Shown piece by piece: positions 14,401 through 27,585 of a stretch of DNA of 64,000 bases. A program made the position numbers and the translations under genes. The number at the start of each line of letters is the position of its first letter. The stretch's first letter is position 1. A model generated the notes under the pieces. The model worked only from the letters and a program-made list of their open reading frames with translations. It was not told where the DNA came from and did not search any database. This DNA comes from Adineta vaga (lineage: Eukaryota; Animalia; Rotifera), in the NCBI GenBank assembly GCA_021613535.1, contig CP075497.1, forward strand, positions 3,782,001 to 3,846,000, given 5' to 3'.

Positions 14401-17400
14401 CAACATTGAAAAACTTTTTCGGATACAATAAAAAAAGATTATCATTTATTTGAATTAGTATCAAAGCTTTAGAAAATGCATGATCACCTGTTCAGCAAAC
14501 ATAGCACAATTCTATGAAGATTGATATTTATAATATATTTGACATTCTCTTCTGCATAAACGATAAAAACTTACTTCATCTTGTTCAGCTTCTTCTTCAT
14601 CTCCTTCTTCTTCATCGTCTTCTTCATCTTCATCGTCTTCTGGAAAAAAATCAATAGAATGCAAATAGAACAAGACATCTTCTTTTACCATTCTGATCAA
14701 TTGATGGTTGAATTTGTTGATTATCTGATTTTTTTGCACGTTTTAATTGACAATGTTCTTCATCATCCATATCTTCATCATCACTTGTTTCATCCATTTG
14801 TTTTTGTTGTTGATCTGATAATGGAATTTCAGATAAACTATGTGATTCATCAATTGGCATAGATTCATCATCGATAGTTGTAATATTAGCAATATTGGTT
14901 GTCATCGGTGTTGTTAAATTTGGTGAACTTTGTGCAGTTGTTAGAAGATTTGATAGAGAAACAACGTTTGGATTTGTTATCGATAAGTTTGGTACACTTG
15001 CATTCATATCATTCTCTAATCTATTATTCAAAAAAAAAAGAGAGAAAGAAATGAGAGATTTTGTTTCTGAAATGAAATACATACAAAACGATACGTTGTT
15101 CAGAACATTCACTAGTTGCATTCTTTTTATTATTTTCTTCAGTTACAGCATACATTGATTCGACTAAAAATAATTTTTTTTGACGATTATGCTATAATCT
15201 TCTACATACTCATTGACTGACCTGATTCAGTAGTACTACTAATCGATTGTCTCGAATGAGTCGTCGTTGTAATTGGAGTGGTTTGAGCAGAAGGAAATAA
15301 TCTCGTACCACCACTATTAGTATCATTCAATGGATTAGATGATGTCAGTTCATGTTTATCTTTTGTATCATCTAAACGAATAGAAAGATATGAGTTAAAA
15401 ACAAGATATTGAGTTTGAAATGAACCTTTTGATGTAAGACGTGTTTCTTCATTATAATCTCCAAGTTCGAGCCAATTACCAGCATTTGTTGCATCGGAAC
15501 GAATAGGTGCTAGAAAATCTTCGGTAGATGATGAAAGCCAAAGCGATGTTGCTGGTTCTTCAATTGTTGGTTCAAGTTGTGTTTGAGCAAGGAGTGCATC
15601 GTATTGTCGTGCTACTTGATCACGAAAACCTTGTATAAGCTAGATAAATACAAATAAGAAATGAGAATTCATTAAAAGTGATAAGATAATTCGTGAAATC
15701 TTACATCAAGAGTATGATCTGTTGGTCGAGCTGATGGTACAAGACTTTCAGCACTCGATGCTTGTTCAGTAGATGAAACCGAAAAGATTGGTTCATCATT
15801 ACTAATATTTGGTGTTGAAACACTTTTACGTTGTGAAATTAAATTTAATAGGTTCTAAAACAAATCATATTTATCATTTTCAATAAAATTATCTATATAC
15901 TCTATTTACCGTATTGTCATTCAATGCTGTTTCACCTGTAAGTCGTGATAATGTTTCTTGTATAACAATGCGTAATCGTTCTGGATCATCTAATTCAAGT
16001 GCTTGAACAGAAAAATTGAAATATTGATACTGAATCAAATCATATTATTCATATCTACCTGCAGATAAATCCAATGGAATCGAAGAAAGATCAATCATTT
16101 GATCAAATAAAATTCGATCAAGTGTTGAAGAACCCGATCCGATATTATTCGAAGAATTATTTGAACTCGATGAATTTCCAGCCGATGATGACGAAGATGT
16201 TGCTGCTATTGTTGTTGTTCCAGTTGTACGCATACTTGCTAAACGTCGCAAGATATGTGATTGCATTTTACTTGCACGATGACTAGTCGATGATGTTGAA
16301 TGTGAATGATGATATGGAGGATTTTGACGTGATGTTGTTGAATGATGTCGAAGATCATCACGAGCAGAACGAGCACGATTTAGTTCTGGTTCTAGAAGAA
16401 AAGAAAGTTTTAAAATTCAAAAATTTTGTTGAAATTTACTTGAACGAATATCTATCGCTGAAATAGCTTGTCCATAAATTTCAAATCCAGCAAGACAAAC
16501 AGGATGTCGACCACATTTTTGATGAATACGAATATATCGAAAGCCTGTCAAATTTTCATTAAAATTATTTTTAATATTCCATGTGGCTGTTGACACATTT
16601 GTATCATTAACTAGTGTGATTTCACAGGGTATAAAATGTATTCCATCTTTTGATACTTGAATTAAGAATGTTTTTGTCCAATGTGGAAAACCACCCGTAC
16701 CATGTCTTAATGTAAAATGTGTTGGAAGAATAAATAAACCTAAATCAATCATAATCCAACTAAAACCACGATTTGTATCATTGTTCATTTCATCATCATC
16801 ATTATCTGTATGTGGTGTATGTGAGAGAATTTCTGATAATTGTTGAGTTGAACAATTTATATCGGAACAAGTAACTAAAATAGGAAGTAAATGAAGTTGA
16901 ATAACTTTTAAAAGATTAATAATACCTGAAACAAGTCCAGTTAAATTTGGATTTGTGTAATTCGATATCGTTCCTGCATTTGTTCCAATCCAATATAAAA
17001 TGCCATTTTGATCAAAATCATTTGTATATGTAAATTGTTGTCGATGATCAGATTTTAATCGTTTAACAAATTCAAGTTGTCCATGAGGATGATCATACCA
17101 TTGTTTTGAAACCTATACAACAAAAACTTGAGAACGAATTTCAAACAAATTCTTATTACCATTGAAGCAAGAAATATTTTCAATTGACCAACTGTTGCTA
17201 ATGGTTCGATTTTTAATGATTTTCCTGTTCGATCTGTAAATAATTGTTGTTGATTTTGATAATGAAGTTGTAAACGAAAACGTTTCGAAAATATTTGTAA
17301 TCCATAATTTGATGGTGTATCATAGAGAAATAATGGTAATTTTTCAATTGATTCAAGAATTGAAATCAATTTTCGTATAAGAATATGAAATGCTTGTGGA

Positions 17401-20400
17401 TGATCATCAGAAAGAAAGATTGAACAAAATAATTTTGCTCGTTCATTTGCAAGACCAGCTTCATTCGATGTTTGATTGAATAAACCATGAAAAATTTTCA
17501 ATAAACTACTCACCAAACCAGATGATGAGAGTTCAAATAATGATAAACTAGTTTTATCAAGTAGGAAATCTTTTAATTTTTGAAATGATTTCGAATTTAA
17601 ATCATTATTTAAATCATCAACAATAGATGTAAGTTCATTCAATATTGAACGTGTATAATTTGTTACTGTTACATTTTTTATATATTCATTATAAATATAT
17701 AAGGCTAATTCTGTTGTACGATATTTCATTTGTTCTTGTTTTGTTTTACCAACAGGAGCAGATGCACTTTTATTGTGAGAGATATTCACTGATGGATCAA
17801 CTGAATTTGAAGTTGAAGAAGAAGAAGAAGCTAATGTTTCAATCGTTGACCAAGGAAGAGAAAAATCATTTCCTAATGACATTTGAGCATGATACGTATG
17901 ACGTGTACCACGATTAGATTCGAATATAAAACCTGATTGAGCTTGTTCAAGAATCGTTACCTAAGAATAATACAATGATACGTAACAATGATATAGAACT
18001 GAAGCTCACTTGTTCCCCTTCGACATTGTGTATTCGAAGTTGTGTTGGTCCATTACATTCAAACGTCCAATTACCAACTGTAATCGTTCGTTCATTACTT
18101 GTATCTGATGTAAAAATCGTTCGTGCAATCATTATCTGTTGTTGTTGTTGCTGTTGAGATTGTCCATCGATAGATTTCATTTCTTCTTCATTTTTCTCTT
18201 GTCCAATTCCATCAAGTACTTGCTGTTTCAATCGTTGAAGTTTATCAATGAAATCATGACGATTTTCACTCGTATCTACATTCGTTTCCGGACTTCCTAC
18301 AAAATCAGATAAATTAAATATACAAAAATATGAAAATTTTAATTAACCTGATGAATACATTGTTGATAAAGAATTATCAGCAAAAAATCGAAACCATCCA
18401 TTTGAACCCATTGATAATTCAATGGCAATAGAACCATTCCATATATATAAACATTCTCGATTACGTAAAAGATTAAATTCATTCCATACATAAGGTCGAT
18501 GACAAAGAATTTCTTTTGCATCGATAGCAAGAATATTAATTGATAATGAAGATTGTTGTTGTTGTTGTTCAGGATTGATCACTGCTGTTGTTGATGATGA
18601 TGATGATGACGACAAAGTTGATCCTGATACTGAATGTGATAAAGCCAATGATGTTATTTTCCATATTAAACCAAGATATTGAAATTGTTCGAGAAATAAA
18701 TGTTGATCTTTTTCGAATAGATTTTTGATTATTAATAGAACAAGATTTGATGTATCATCATCATCTTCGTTTGTATCCAAAATTGAACTTAATAATTCGA
18801 ATAATGTTGTTAAAATATTCGTTTCATCTTTCATTAAATGTTCATGTATTTGTTCAACTGTTGCATAATGTAATAGTTTGGAAATTAATCGTAATGTACT
18901 ACGTTTAATTGTTAATATTATTGTATTCTGATATAATTGACAAAATATTGATAACAAACGTTGTAAATACAAAGGTTGCATTTCAATATCACCTTTGATA
19001 TCATTTGCTGACGAAGTTGTATTTCTTGCTGTTTGTTCGTGAGTTTTTGACAATGAATTCGTATTCGTTGGTGTCGGAGGATCTTGTCGTCGTATATCTG
19101 TCCATTCATGTGCTGATTGAAGAATTTCTACAACTTCTTGATGACCTTCATCTTGTCGTTCACGCGCTTTATCTAATGCTGTTCGTCCATCTTCATCACG
19201 TAAATCAACATTACCACCATATTTTAAAAGAATACGAACAATTGATGGACGTCCAAAACAGGCAGCATAATGTAATGACGATGAACGTTGTCCACGATTA
19301 GCATCAGCACCACGTCGACAAAGATATTCAATCATTTCTCGTGTACCAAAAGCAGCAACCCAATTTAACATTGTTTGACCAACGTTATCCGTATAATTAA
19401 CATCAATATTACTTTGTTCAATATGATTTATAAAACCTTGAATATCACGTGAACGAATATATTCAATGATTTGTTGCTGAGAACGATCAGATGGAATAAT
19501 ACCATTGTTAACCGGTACTGATGTAGCTGTTGCTATTGCCGTTGCTGTTGCTGTTGAAGATGAACGTCGTGTTGTATCAGGAGGCATTGCTGTTGTTGTA
19601 CTTGGTATTGAAGGAGTTTTTGTATTTGCTGTTGCACTTGATGTAATTGATGCTCGTGGTGCACCAACGGATCGTGGAAGAGCTTGACGTCCTAAACAAG
19701 TCAATGTCAATGAAAAATTGTTCAAAATTCTATGATCTCAAATATCTTTGTAAATCCAAAACAAACAATGAAACTTACCTTCAAAAAGTAAGACTAGAAG
19801 TAGATCAAGAAATCGCATTGTATCCAACACGCATCGTTCATCACCACCACATAATGCTGATTCCAATGCATCTGGAAGATCTGTACGAAGAAGATCATGT
19901 GTTACTTTTTCACTACCGCGACAAAGAGTTGATAGAAGACCAGTAACAACGGAAAGATTCGTTGTAACACCTCGTGTATTTGATGTTGGTAATGATACAC
20001 TATGTGTTGTTCCAGTAGTATCTGCTGTTGATGAAACTGGTGTTAATGTACTAGTCGTTGGTTTTGATACATAATGTAATGATCGAAGAAGAACATCTTT
20101 TAAACAATAACGCATTAACGGTTCTGGATCAACATTTTTTCTTGCAAATCGATCAGCTAATGTTGCAAAACATCTCAATGCATTATCAGATACAAATGTA
20201 TCATCATGTAATAATAAATTAGATAATGATTTAATTGTTTGATCAAGTGTTGGAGAATTTTGTGGATCAATTTTACCAATTAATTTGACGACAACATTTA
20301 AAGCAGATTGTAGTGAATCTTTGTGAATAACTGAATACCAATTATTTATAAAATCGAGAACACAACGAAGACCATCTTGTTCATAGATACTTGATGCTTC

Positions 20401-20907
20401 TCGTGAACATAAACGTTCGAACACTTTGATAATTTGTTCAGCTAAATCTTTATTTGTACGATCTTCGATATCAACAACTTGTAAACAAGCACACATTGAA
20501 CGTATGACTGATGCATGTTGAGTTATTTTTTTAGCACAATCAACAGACACATCAAGAAAATATGTTAATGCACGTGCAGTAACTTCAAGAACACGTGTTG
20601 GAGCTAATGGATCACTGAATATATCACAAAGAGCTAAAAGAATGAAAAAGATTATGATAAAAAAAGGTAACGGAAGTGAGTTTAGATTTACCAGGCAAGA
20701 AGAGTCGAGGTTGATACTGTTCGAAACATCGATCAATATTATCGCACATTAATACAAGCATACCTAAATGATATATTCTTTCATTACAAACAAATTTATG
20801 ATATTATTTTACTTACAAAGTTGCTCCAATGCCGATATTTGTAGATCACGTTCACCACCTCCATCTCCTTTAAGCCATGCTAAAAGTTCATCTGGATCAG
20901 CTTCCAT
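11497..20907 (-). CDS. HECTD1: E3 ubiquitin ligase HECTD1 (ARM-like, ankyrin repeats, SUN-like domain, HECT)
   Basis: N-terminus [30 protein letters not shown]; ankyrins [13 protein letters not shown] and [12 protein letters not shown]; [12 protein letters not shown]; [17 protein letters not shown] and catalytic [15 protein letters not shown]...GFYFN*. Confidence 0.95.
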
Positions 20908-21192
20908 TGAATGTATTCTACTGTTATTTCCGTAAAGATCACCTTAACACATATGTATATAGCTATTGATCAATCTAAAATTATAATACAAATTCCCATT
21001 CTAATAAATGAATATGTCAAAGAAAAAATTCTACTAAATAAATGTCTACATCTGACAAGATAAATGAAATATTCAACAAAAAAAAACAATATCAGGTATC
21101 AAGTTCATTTCCGAGATTATAAGAAGAAGAAGAAAAAATGGAATTATTGCTTTTGTATTCATATCATCTGACAAGAAGATAAATGGAATTAT

Positions 21193-22509
21193 TTAAGTAC
21201 AATTATTGATGCTTATTTCCTGAGAACGATGTGGATTATAACTACTTGTTGATGAACATCGAGATAAACCTGTTCGCCATAGATGTTCAATGGATTTAAA
21301 ATCATGATTCATATCATAATAACGATATGTTTGATTTTCATTCGAGAGTAAAGGTGATTTCGTTTGATTAAAATTTTGTTTAAAACGAAAATAATGTAAT
21401 TCAAATTTTTCATTATAAAGATCACGAGTTTTATCATCACAACGAATGATATTATAATGAATATCACCAAGTAAATAAAATGAATCTGGTGGTTGAAATT
21501 CAAATGCAATTGAATAATGAATTGATTTGCTTTTTAATCCTTTATCATAAACTTCGATATTCGAATCATTCAATTGTTGAAAACATGTTTGATTGAGATG
21601 TTTTATACAGAATACATCATCTTGTTGATTGACAGTATAGATAAATATTTGTGGACTTTTTTCGATAATATCAACAATATCTGCAAGATAAATATATTTT
21701 TCATAGAATTTCGGTGAACGAAGAAAAACTCCGACATGATCAAAATATTTTTGATGAGCAAATTTAAATTGTGTAAAATCAGATGGTTTTTCAAGATAAA
21801 CATGTCCAAAACTATCGATTGGTAAACTATTTATAATATGAATTGAGGTTGATATCATAAAAATAAGAATTACACCAATTGTAGATGTTGCATTAAAGAA
21901 TTGTGATAATCGATCTTTACGTTCATAATCATGACGAATTAACCATTTATTTAAAAGAACAGAAAAAAATCGAATGAATGAAGCAATAATACCGATAATT
22001 GCTTTTGTTAAACTAATGTATGTTACTTCACCATCACGACAAATAACGATAAGTAGATTAAGAGTTAATAATGGAACATCTTCAAACCATAATGTTAAAC
22101 TATTAGTTATCTGACCAAATAATGATGTTGGACGACTTTGACATGTATCATGAATGATTTGTATTATTTCAAGTAAACTTGTACATGTTGCTATAATACA
22201 AAAAATTCGTATTGCCCAGAGTGTATTGCGAGGAGGTGGACCAAATACTAATCCCTAGAAATGAAATGAAAAAAAACAAATGACTTATGATAACTTTTCA
22301 TCGATCGGTTTTATTACTTGTTTTAATGTTCCATTGTAGACAAAAAACCACCAATCGACACATATATCGATAATGTTGAAAATAACAACAAATAGACATA
22401 TGGAAATTTTATACGATCGACTATTAATTAATCGATGGAGCCATTGCCATCCGGTATGTTGTTGTTCAATGTTCGATATATTGCTCAATTGCCGGTTAGG
22501 TTTCGTCAT
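21193..22509 (-). CDS. Multi-pass membrane protein with XK-related-like motifs
   Basis: Exon 1 has IIDICVDWWF; after intron ~22256-22317 come GLVFGPPP...LWFEDVPLLTLNLLIV, several TM helices and ORF 21193-21858. The family call rests on motif resemblance only. Confidence 0.7.
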
Positions 22510-23199
22510 CTAGAAAAAGAAAGAGAAAAAAATGCCTTTTTTATTGTTTATATAACTAACATCTTCGAATTGTCTTTTTTCTAGGTTAACGCTATGAAAG
22601 GAAAGGAAAGGTAATCAGCTGTTGCAGATCGATCGTCATTATCCATGAAATCAATCCTCTATGACTTTTCACCAAGAAAGTAGATATTGTGAATCATGTA
22701 TTCTAACAGTGAACAAAGTGACATCTATCGATCATGAAAAGATTTATTTCTGTTACATTACATTCATAGGAAAGAAGAAAAAAATAGATAGAAAATGGTT
22801 ATTTCCATGAATTTGAACAATCGATTTTCAAAGCACAGGAACAACGTAGAGAAAACCTCATTCAATATGGAAATATATGAACTAATGAACAAAGTAACCG
22901 AACACTAATAGTACCTAAACAAAACGGATACAGATAGGAATCGAAATCACGTAAAGTTAAAGTAATCTTCTAACAGTAGTTACCTTTGATTTGTTTTCTA
23001 TCACAGAGAGATAATTTAGAAATGTTTGTTTGAAATCGCCTTTTAGGCTGAAGAGTATTTTTTAAAGAAAAATAAAATTGAAATGCATGCAACAATGGCA
23101 ATGACGAAACGGTAAGTTCCTCTCAAATTTTACCATTAGGTAATTGATTATGCAAGTAAGTATAAGATGACGCATATGTTTTGGATTGTTATAACTTAA

Positions 23200-23770
23200 A
23201 AATAAGTCAATGTTACGGCAATATCAATTGAGAATCGTGAGTATACACCTTTGTAGGTGTATAATGGAGTTCTTCAAGTGAATGAAAATTCTATAACAAA
23301 CGGAAAATTAATCGTACGAAAGAAATACAACAGTTATTTACCACCATCCACTCAGTATGTCTGCATGAAGTTGTATGCGAAGTCGTTTTAATAATGGTAG
23401 ATCAAGTGAGTGAATATTCATACCACAAATTGTTCCAAGCGATAACGAAACAAGATTATTGAAAGATTTGATTGAATGAAAAAAGTTCAATTCATATTCC
23501 GAACAGTTAAATATTGAAACAATTCGCAAAAAGGAATTATTTGTCCAAAGGTCTCGTCATCGTCAGAAAGAATTAAAGATTAACACCGATATATATATAT
23601 ATATATCATATAGCTGAATAACAGCTTCAAGTTTGGTTTTACTCACGAATTGAAAAACAAACATTGAGTTAAGAAAAGTCATAAACAACAACTATACCAT
23701 TTAAATAGAATTTATTCGATAAATCTTCAAATATTCTAAAATCATGTTTGAAACGTTTCGATTTATTCAT
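23200..23770 (-). pseudogene. Decayed paralogue of the adjacent F-box/LRR gene
   Basis: Fragments in different frames: MNKSKRFKHDFRIFEDLSN, SDDDETFGQ (vs SDDEQTPGQ) and FNNLVSLSLGTICGMNIHSLDLPLLKRL (vs LTNLVSLTLGNICGKQMVPLNLPFLRNL); frameshifts and an (AT)n tract at ~23589. Confidence 0.75.
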
Positions 23771-24817
23771 ATTGATGAAAACAAGGAATGAAATTCGTCT
23801 TCTCATGATAATTCATCAAACGAATTTTATAACATAAATACGAACTCTTCTGCTTTTCACTTCACGTTCTGTCTTTGCAACATACAAGTCATTAGACATA
23901 TAGAATTCAGATAATCGTTTGTGAAAGAAAGAAAATACATAACCAAAAGACGTTTCTATTTGAAATTACAATTTCATCTCATCCTATTTTCTTCATTTGA
24001 ACACCTATTTTTTTATCAAACTAACTCAACAGAACAAAATTTGTTCACATGCAAAACAATCACTTCAATTAAAAATCATTCTATAGAAAGTTACATACCT
24101 GTTCAGGTTCATGGAAAAAGCAATTCTTTTGAGTCGATGATACGTGAGTAGGAGAACGTATGCAAATACATACATTTGTTCGTTCGAGGTTAATAGAAGT
24201 GTATATACGCCATCAATATGCGATGATAAGCAAGAGTAAGAGAAAAGAAATGAATAAATATGCATACCGATGAAACTATGTATCGTACTAGGTTACTATG
24301 ATTTATCAAAAGAGAAATAAAGTGAACAAGTTTCTACTTCACTCAATGATGATAATAGACACTAATATGATAAAGAATAGTATTAATAGTTAAGATACGA
24401 AAGTTGACTTTTATGTGGTTTGTAACTTTCAAATCAATATCAGAAAATAAAGATGAACTTATTCAATTTAGAGTTCCATCGATAGAAATCAATTGTACGA
24501 TTCCGAAGATAATTGATTGTTATTATTAACATGCACATCACATAATTATTCCATACATCAGAATAAAAAAATCATCTATTGTCTGCACGATTTCATCGAA
24601 CACGAAGAGTACTAGCGATTTTCACTAGAGTTATATCTTTACTAAAGATCGATCTATAAAAAGAATCGAACATTTAATCGTGTGTGTCACTTACAAGATG
24701 AATGTTGCAATTTTCTAATGAATCGTGTGTAGAAGAGAATCTTCATTAAAAATCTGATTAAAAACAGACAGAATTATTAGAACAAAGGTTTGCACATATT
24801 TTATTGATAAAACTATA

Positions 24818-26570
24818 TCAATTTTGATAATCAGTATGAATGACACATTCATCATCGATCAAAGTCACTGAAAAGTATATATTATTTATGATATTCTTTT
24901 CTTGTAGCCAATTATTTGTATTGATTGAACTACTGCTCTTTTTCAGATAAATATGTAAACTTTGCAAATTTATCATATGTGGTAGGATTAAATCAGTAAT
25001 CATTTCCTTGGAAAATAGACCGATTGTTAGATGTTCGCATTTCATATGGAAAATATCAAAAAATTGAAGAAATTGTTCTCGATTAACATAATCTGGAATA
25101 GGAGACGAATGATCTTCATTGTAACATAAGTTTAAAGAACGAATCTTAAGTGATAATTGATTACAAATTAGATCGTTTTTCCAATGATCCGTGAGATTCA
25201 CTAGTATTGTAAAGGGTATGTTCAATGAGTCAAGACATGACATAGTTTCTATCAAATGATAAAAATCCTTTGATGATAGATCTGTTTGACTGCATATGGA
25301 TAACTGACGTGTATAGTTCATCGAGAATAACCAATCAACTAAGACACCCGAAGTTTTTAATATTATATGTTGTATGTTTTTATGTACCAAGTTTGAATTC
25401 AATTTTTCGCATTGAGTATTACAAACTAATGTTGTCACTTTTCGAAATAGATTCTTGTTTGTTATGGATGTCGTTTTACTTTGATCAAACGAATCTGTAT
25501 GCAATTCGAAACGTTCGAAAGCAAATGGTAATGAATAGAGAACTGCTATTTGGTGCTGTTTACTATGCATATCATATTGAACAAACCATTGTTTCATTTT
25601 AATGTAGAATGGTGTTGAGAATGTTGAAATAATTTGATTTGGATTTTGAATTAAAATATTATCGTTCCAAAACTTAAAACAAAATTGAAATTTAGTCAAT
25701 AATGGTAAAAAAGAACTGATGAAAGTTTCCCATGCATGACCATCGGGATATGAACTTGAATCTGAATTATCATAGAATGCTAAACTCTTCAATTGAGATA
25801 CATGAGGTAATGATTTCTTTACAATTTCGTTGTCACGCAATTCTGCAAAATAAATTTTCAGCTCTTCAAGTGTAATTGGCCATATTAGATCATTCTCATG
25901 CAAACAACGGAGTTTAATGTTGTATTCTAAAATTTTCAATTCATGTAAATTCTACAAGGAAATTCGAATTGTAAAAGAACATTTTAGTAAAAAAAACCAA
26001 TCTTACCTGCATCCATTTATTATGATGACAAGTAGTAACAACAAGATTTCGAAGAAATGGTAAATTTAACGGCACCATCTGTTTTCCACATATGTTTCCA
26101 AGTGTCAATGAAACTAAATTTGTTAATTGATTTAGTTTTAGTGATAGAATTTGTGTATAATTCGGATCCATATGAATAAGAGATAAGACTTCCAATTGTG
26201 AAATATATCGTTCACAAGGAAGTTTATGAAAGAAGTATGCTATTTGGCCAGGTGTTTGTTCATCATCAGAAAGACGCAATGATCGACATTGTTCAGTTAT
26301 GTGTTCATGTGAAATATAATTCATTTTAGTTTTAGTTACCGATTTAAAGTCGAATCGATCATGATAATTCAAAAGTAAAGATTGAAAACGTGAATTTAGT
26401 TTTGAAAAACTATACAGTATATCAATGTTAATTTGATATATGAATATTTCGATGAGCAGTTCATTTGGTAACTGTTCAAATCGAGTACAATTCAGTTTGG
26501 AACGTTTCAGATAAAGATTTGCTAGATTAGTTGAAGTACTTGGTGAAGTATGATGTCGTTTCTTCCCCAT
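24818..26570 (-). CDS. F-box / LRR-like protein, 2 exons
   Basis: F-box FEQLPNELLIEIFIY...LNSRFQSLL; intron ~25953-26006; motifs DGHAWETFISSFLPLLTKFQF and LYSLPFAF. Confidence 0.85.
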
Positions 26571-27585
26571 AACACGATACGAATAGACACTGTTGCTGTT
26601 ATTAATATGGACTTACATGTCGCACTAGAAAAATTCCGCGAAAACGACACTGAGTCATCATATGAAGAAAGGAGAGAAGAAAGGAAAACATTCTACGAAA
26701 AGGTTTGATTATTTGATGTAAAAACTCTGGAAGCATTCTTCTGTAATAAACGAATCAGGAAATGAAGCAATGCAAGATCATTCTTCGAAAAAATACTCAG
26801 TACTAGTACATGACGGATATGTTAAATAATATCGTTATATTTTGGACCAATAGAGAACAGCTGTTTAGGAAGTACCTTATCAATGTATTGAAATAATGAC
26901 AACACCTACATCATGACTTCCGCTACTCGAAAGAATTATCTTTCAATTTCTGTTCCTTTTTTTTCAAACATCAATCTCTTTCATTGATAATTTCTTGAAA
27001 ATACATAACCTTCACGTCAAATGTAATCGACTATCTTATTCGGTATATTGTTTTGAAATACATCGCTGATGAAGAATACTTACGGCTGTTTTGTTTACAA
27101 TAATAACGTAAAAACAAGAATTTCTTTACTAATTCAATGTTACAGTTTATAAGACAATGGTAGAATCTTTTCTGTGGAAAACATTAATGACATTTTCAAT
27201 TTTTCTTTGATAAAGCATAAACTACTTCCGTTGCAGATATTATAACACATTCATAAAGATAATGACTGAAGTTTTTTTTTCGTCGATTTTATTTATTTTT
27301 CTTCTTGTTTTCAGCTCAAAAAAATGCATTAAAATGATGGATAGTCGATTACAAATATTGAGCTGATCTCGATTTTGTATGCGTGTGCCGATGACAAGTG
27401 TACAAAGTAGGAAAACTGCTCGAATTTCGAAAATAAAATAAAAGGTTACACGAACAGAAAAATAGCTTGAAGATTTATAAAAAAATATGATGAAAAAAAT
27501 CTTCACCAAATTGTCTTTTCCTAGAGAAGTTGTTAAAAGATTTAACTGTTCGCAAAAAAATAACAAAATATTGATTTTGTTGAAT

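Noticed and set aside
15020-15220. Apparent long HECTD1 intron as a snoRNA host
   Set aside because: Explained by an in-frame internal exon ([25 protein letters not shown]); no snoRNA boxes found.
9676-19946. Many + strand ORFs overlapping the zinc-finger gene and HECTD1
   Set aside because: Antisense or alternate-frame shadows of real exons, with biased composition.
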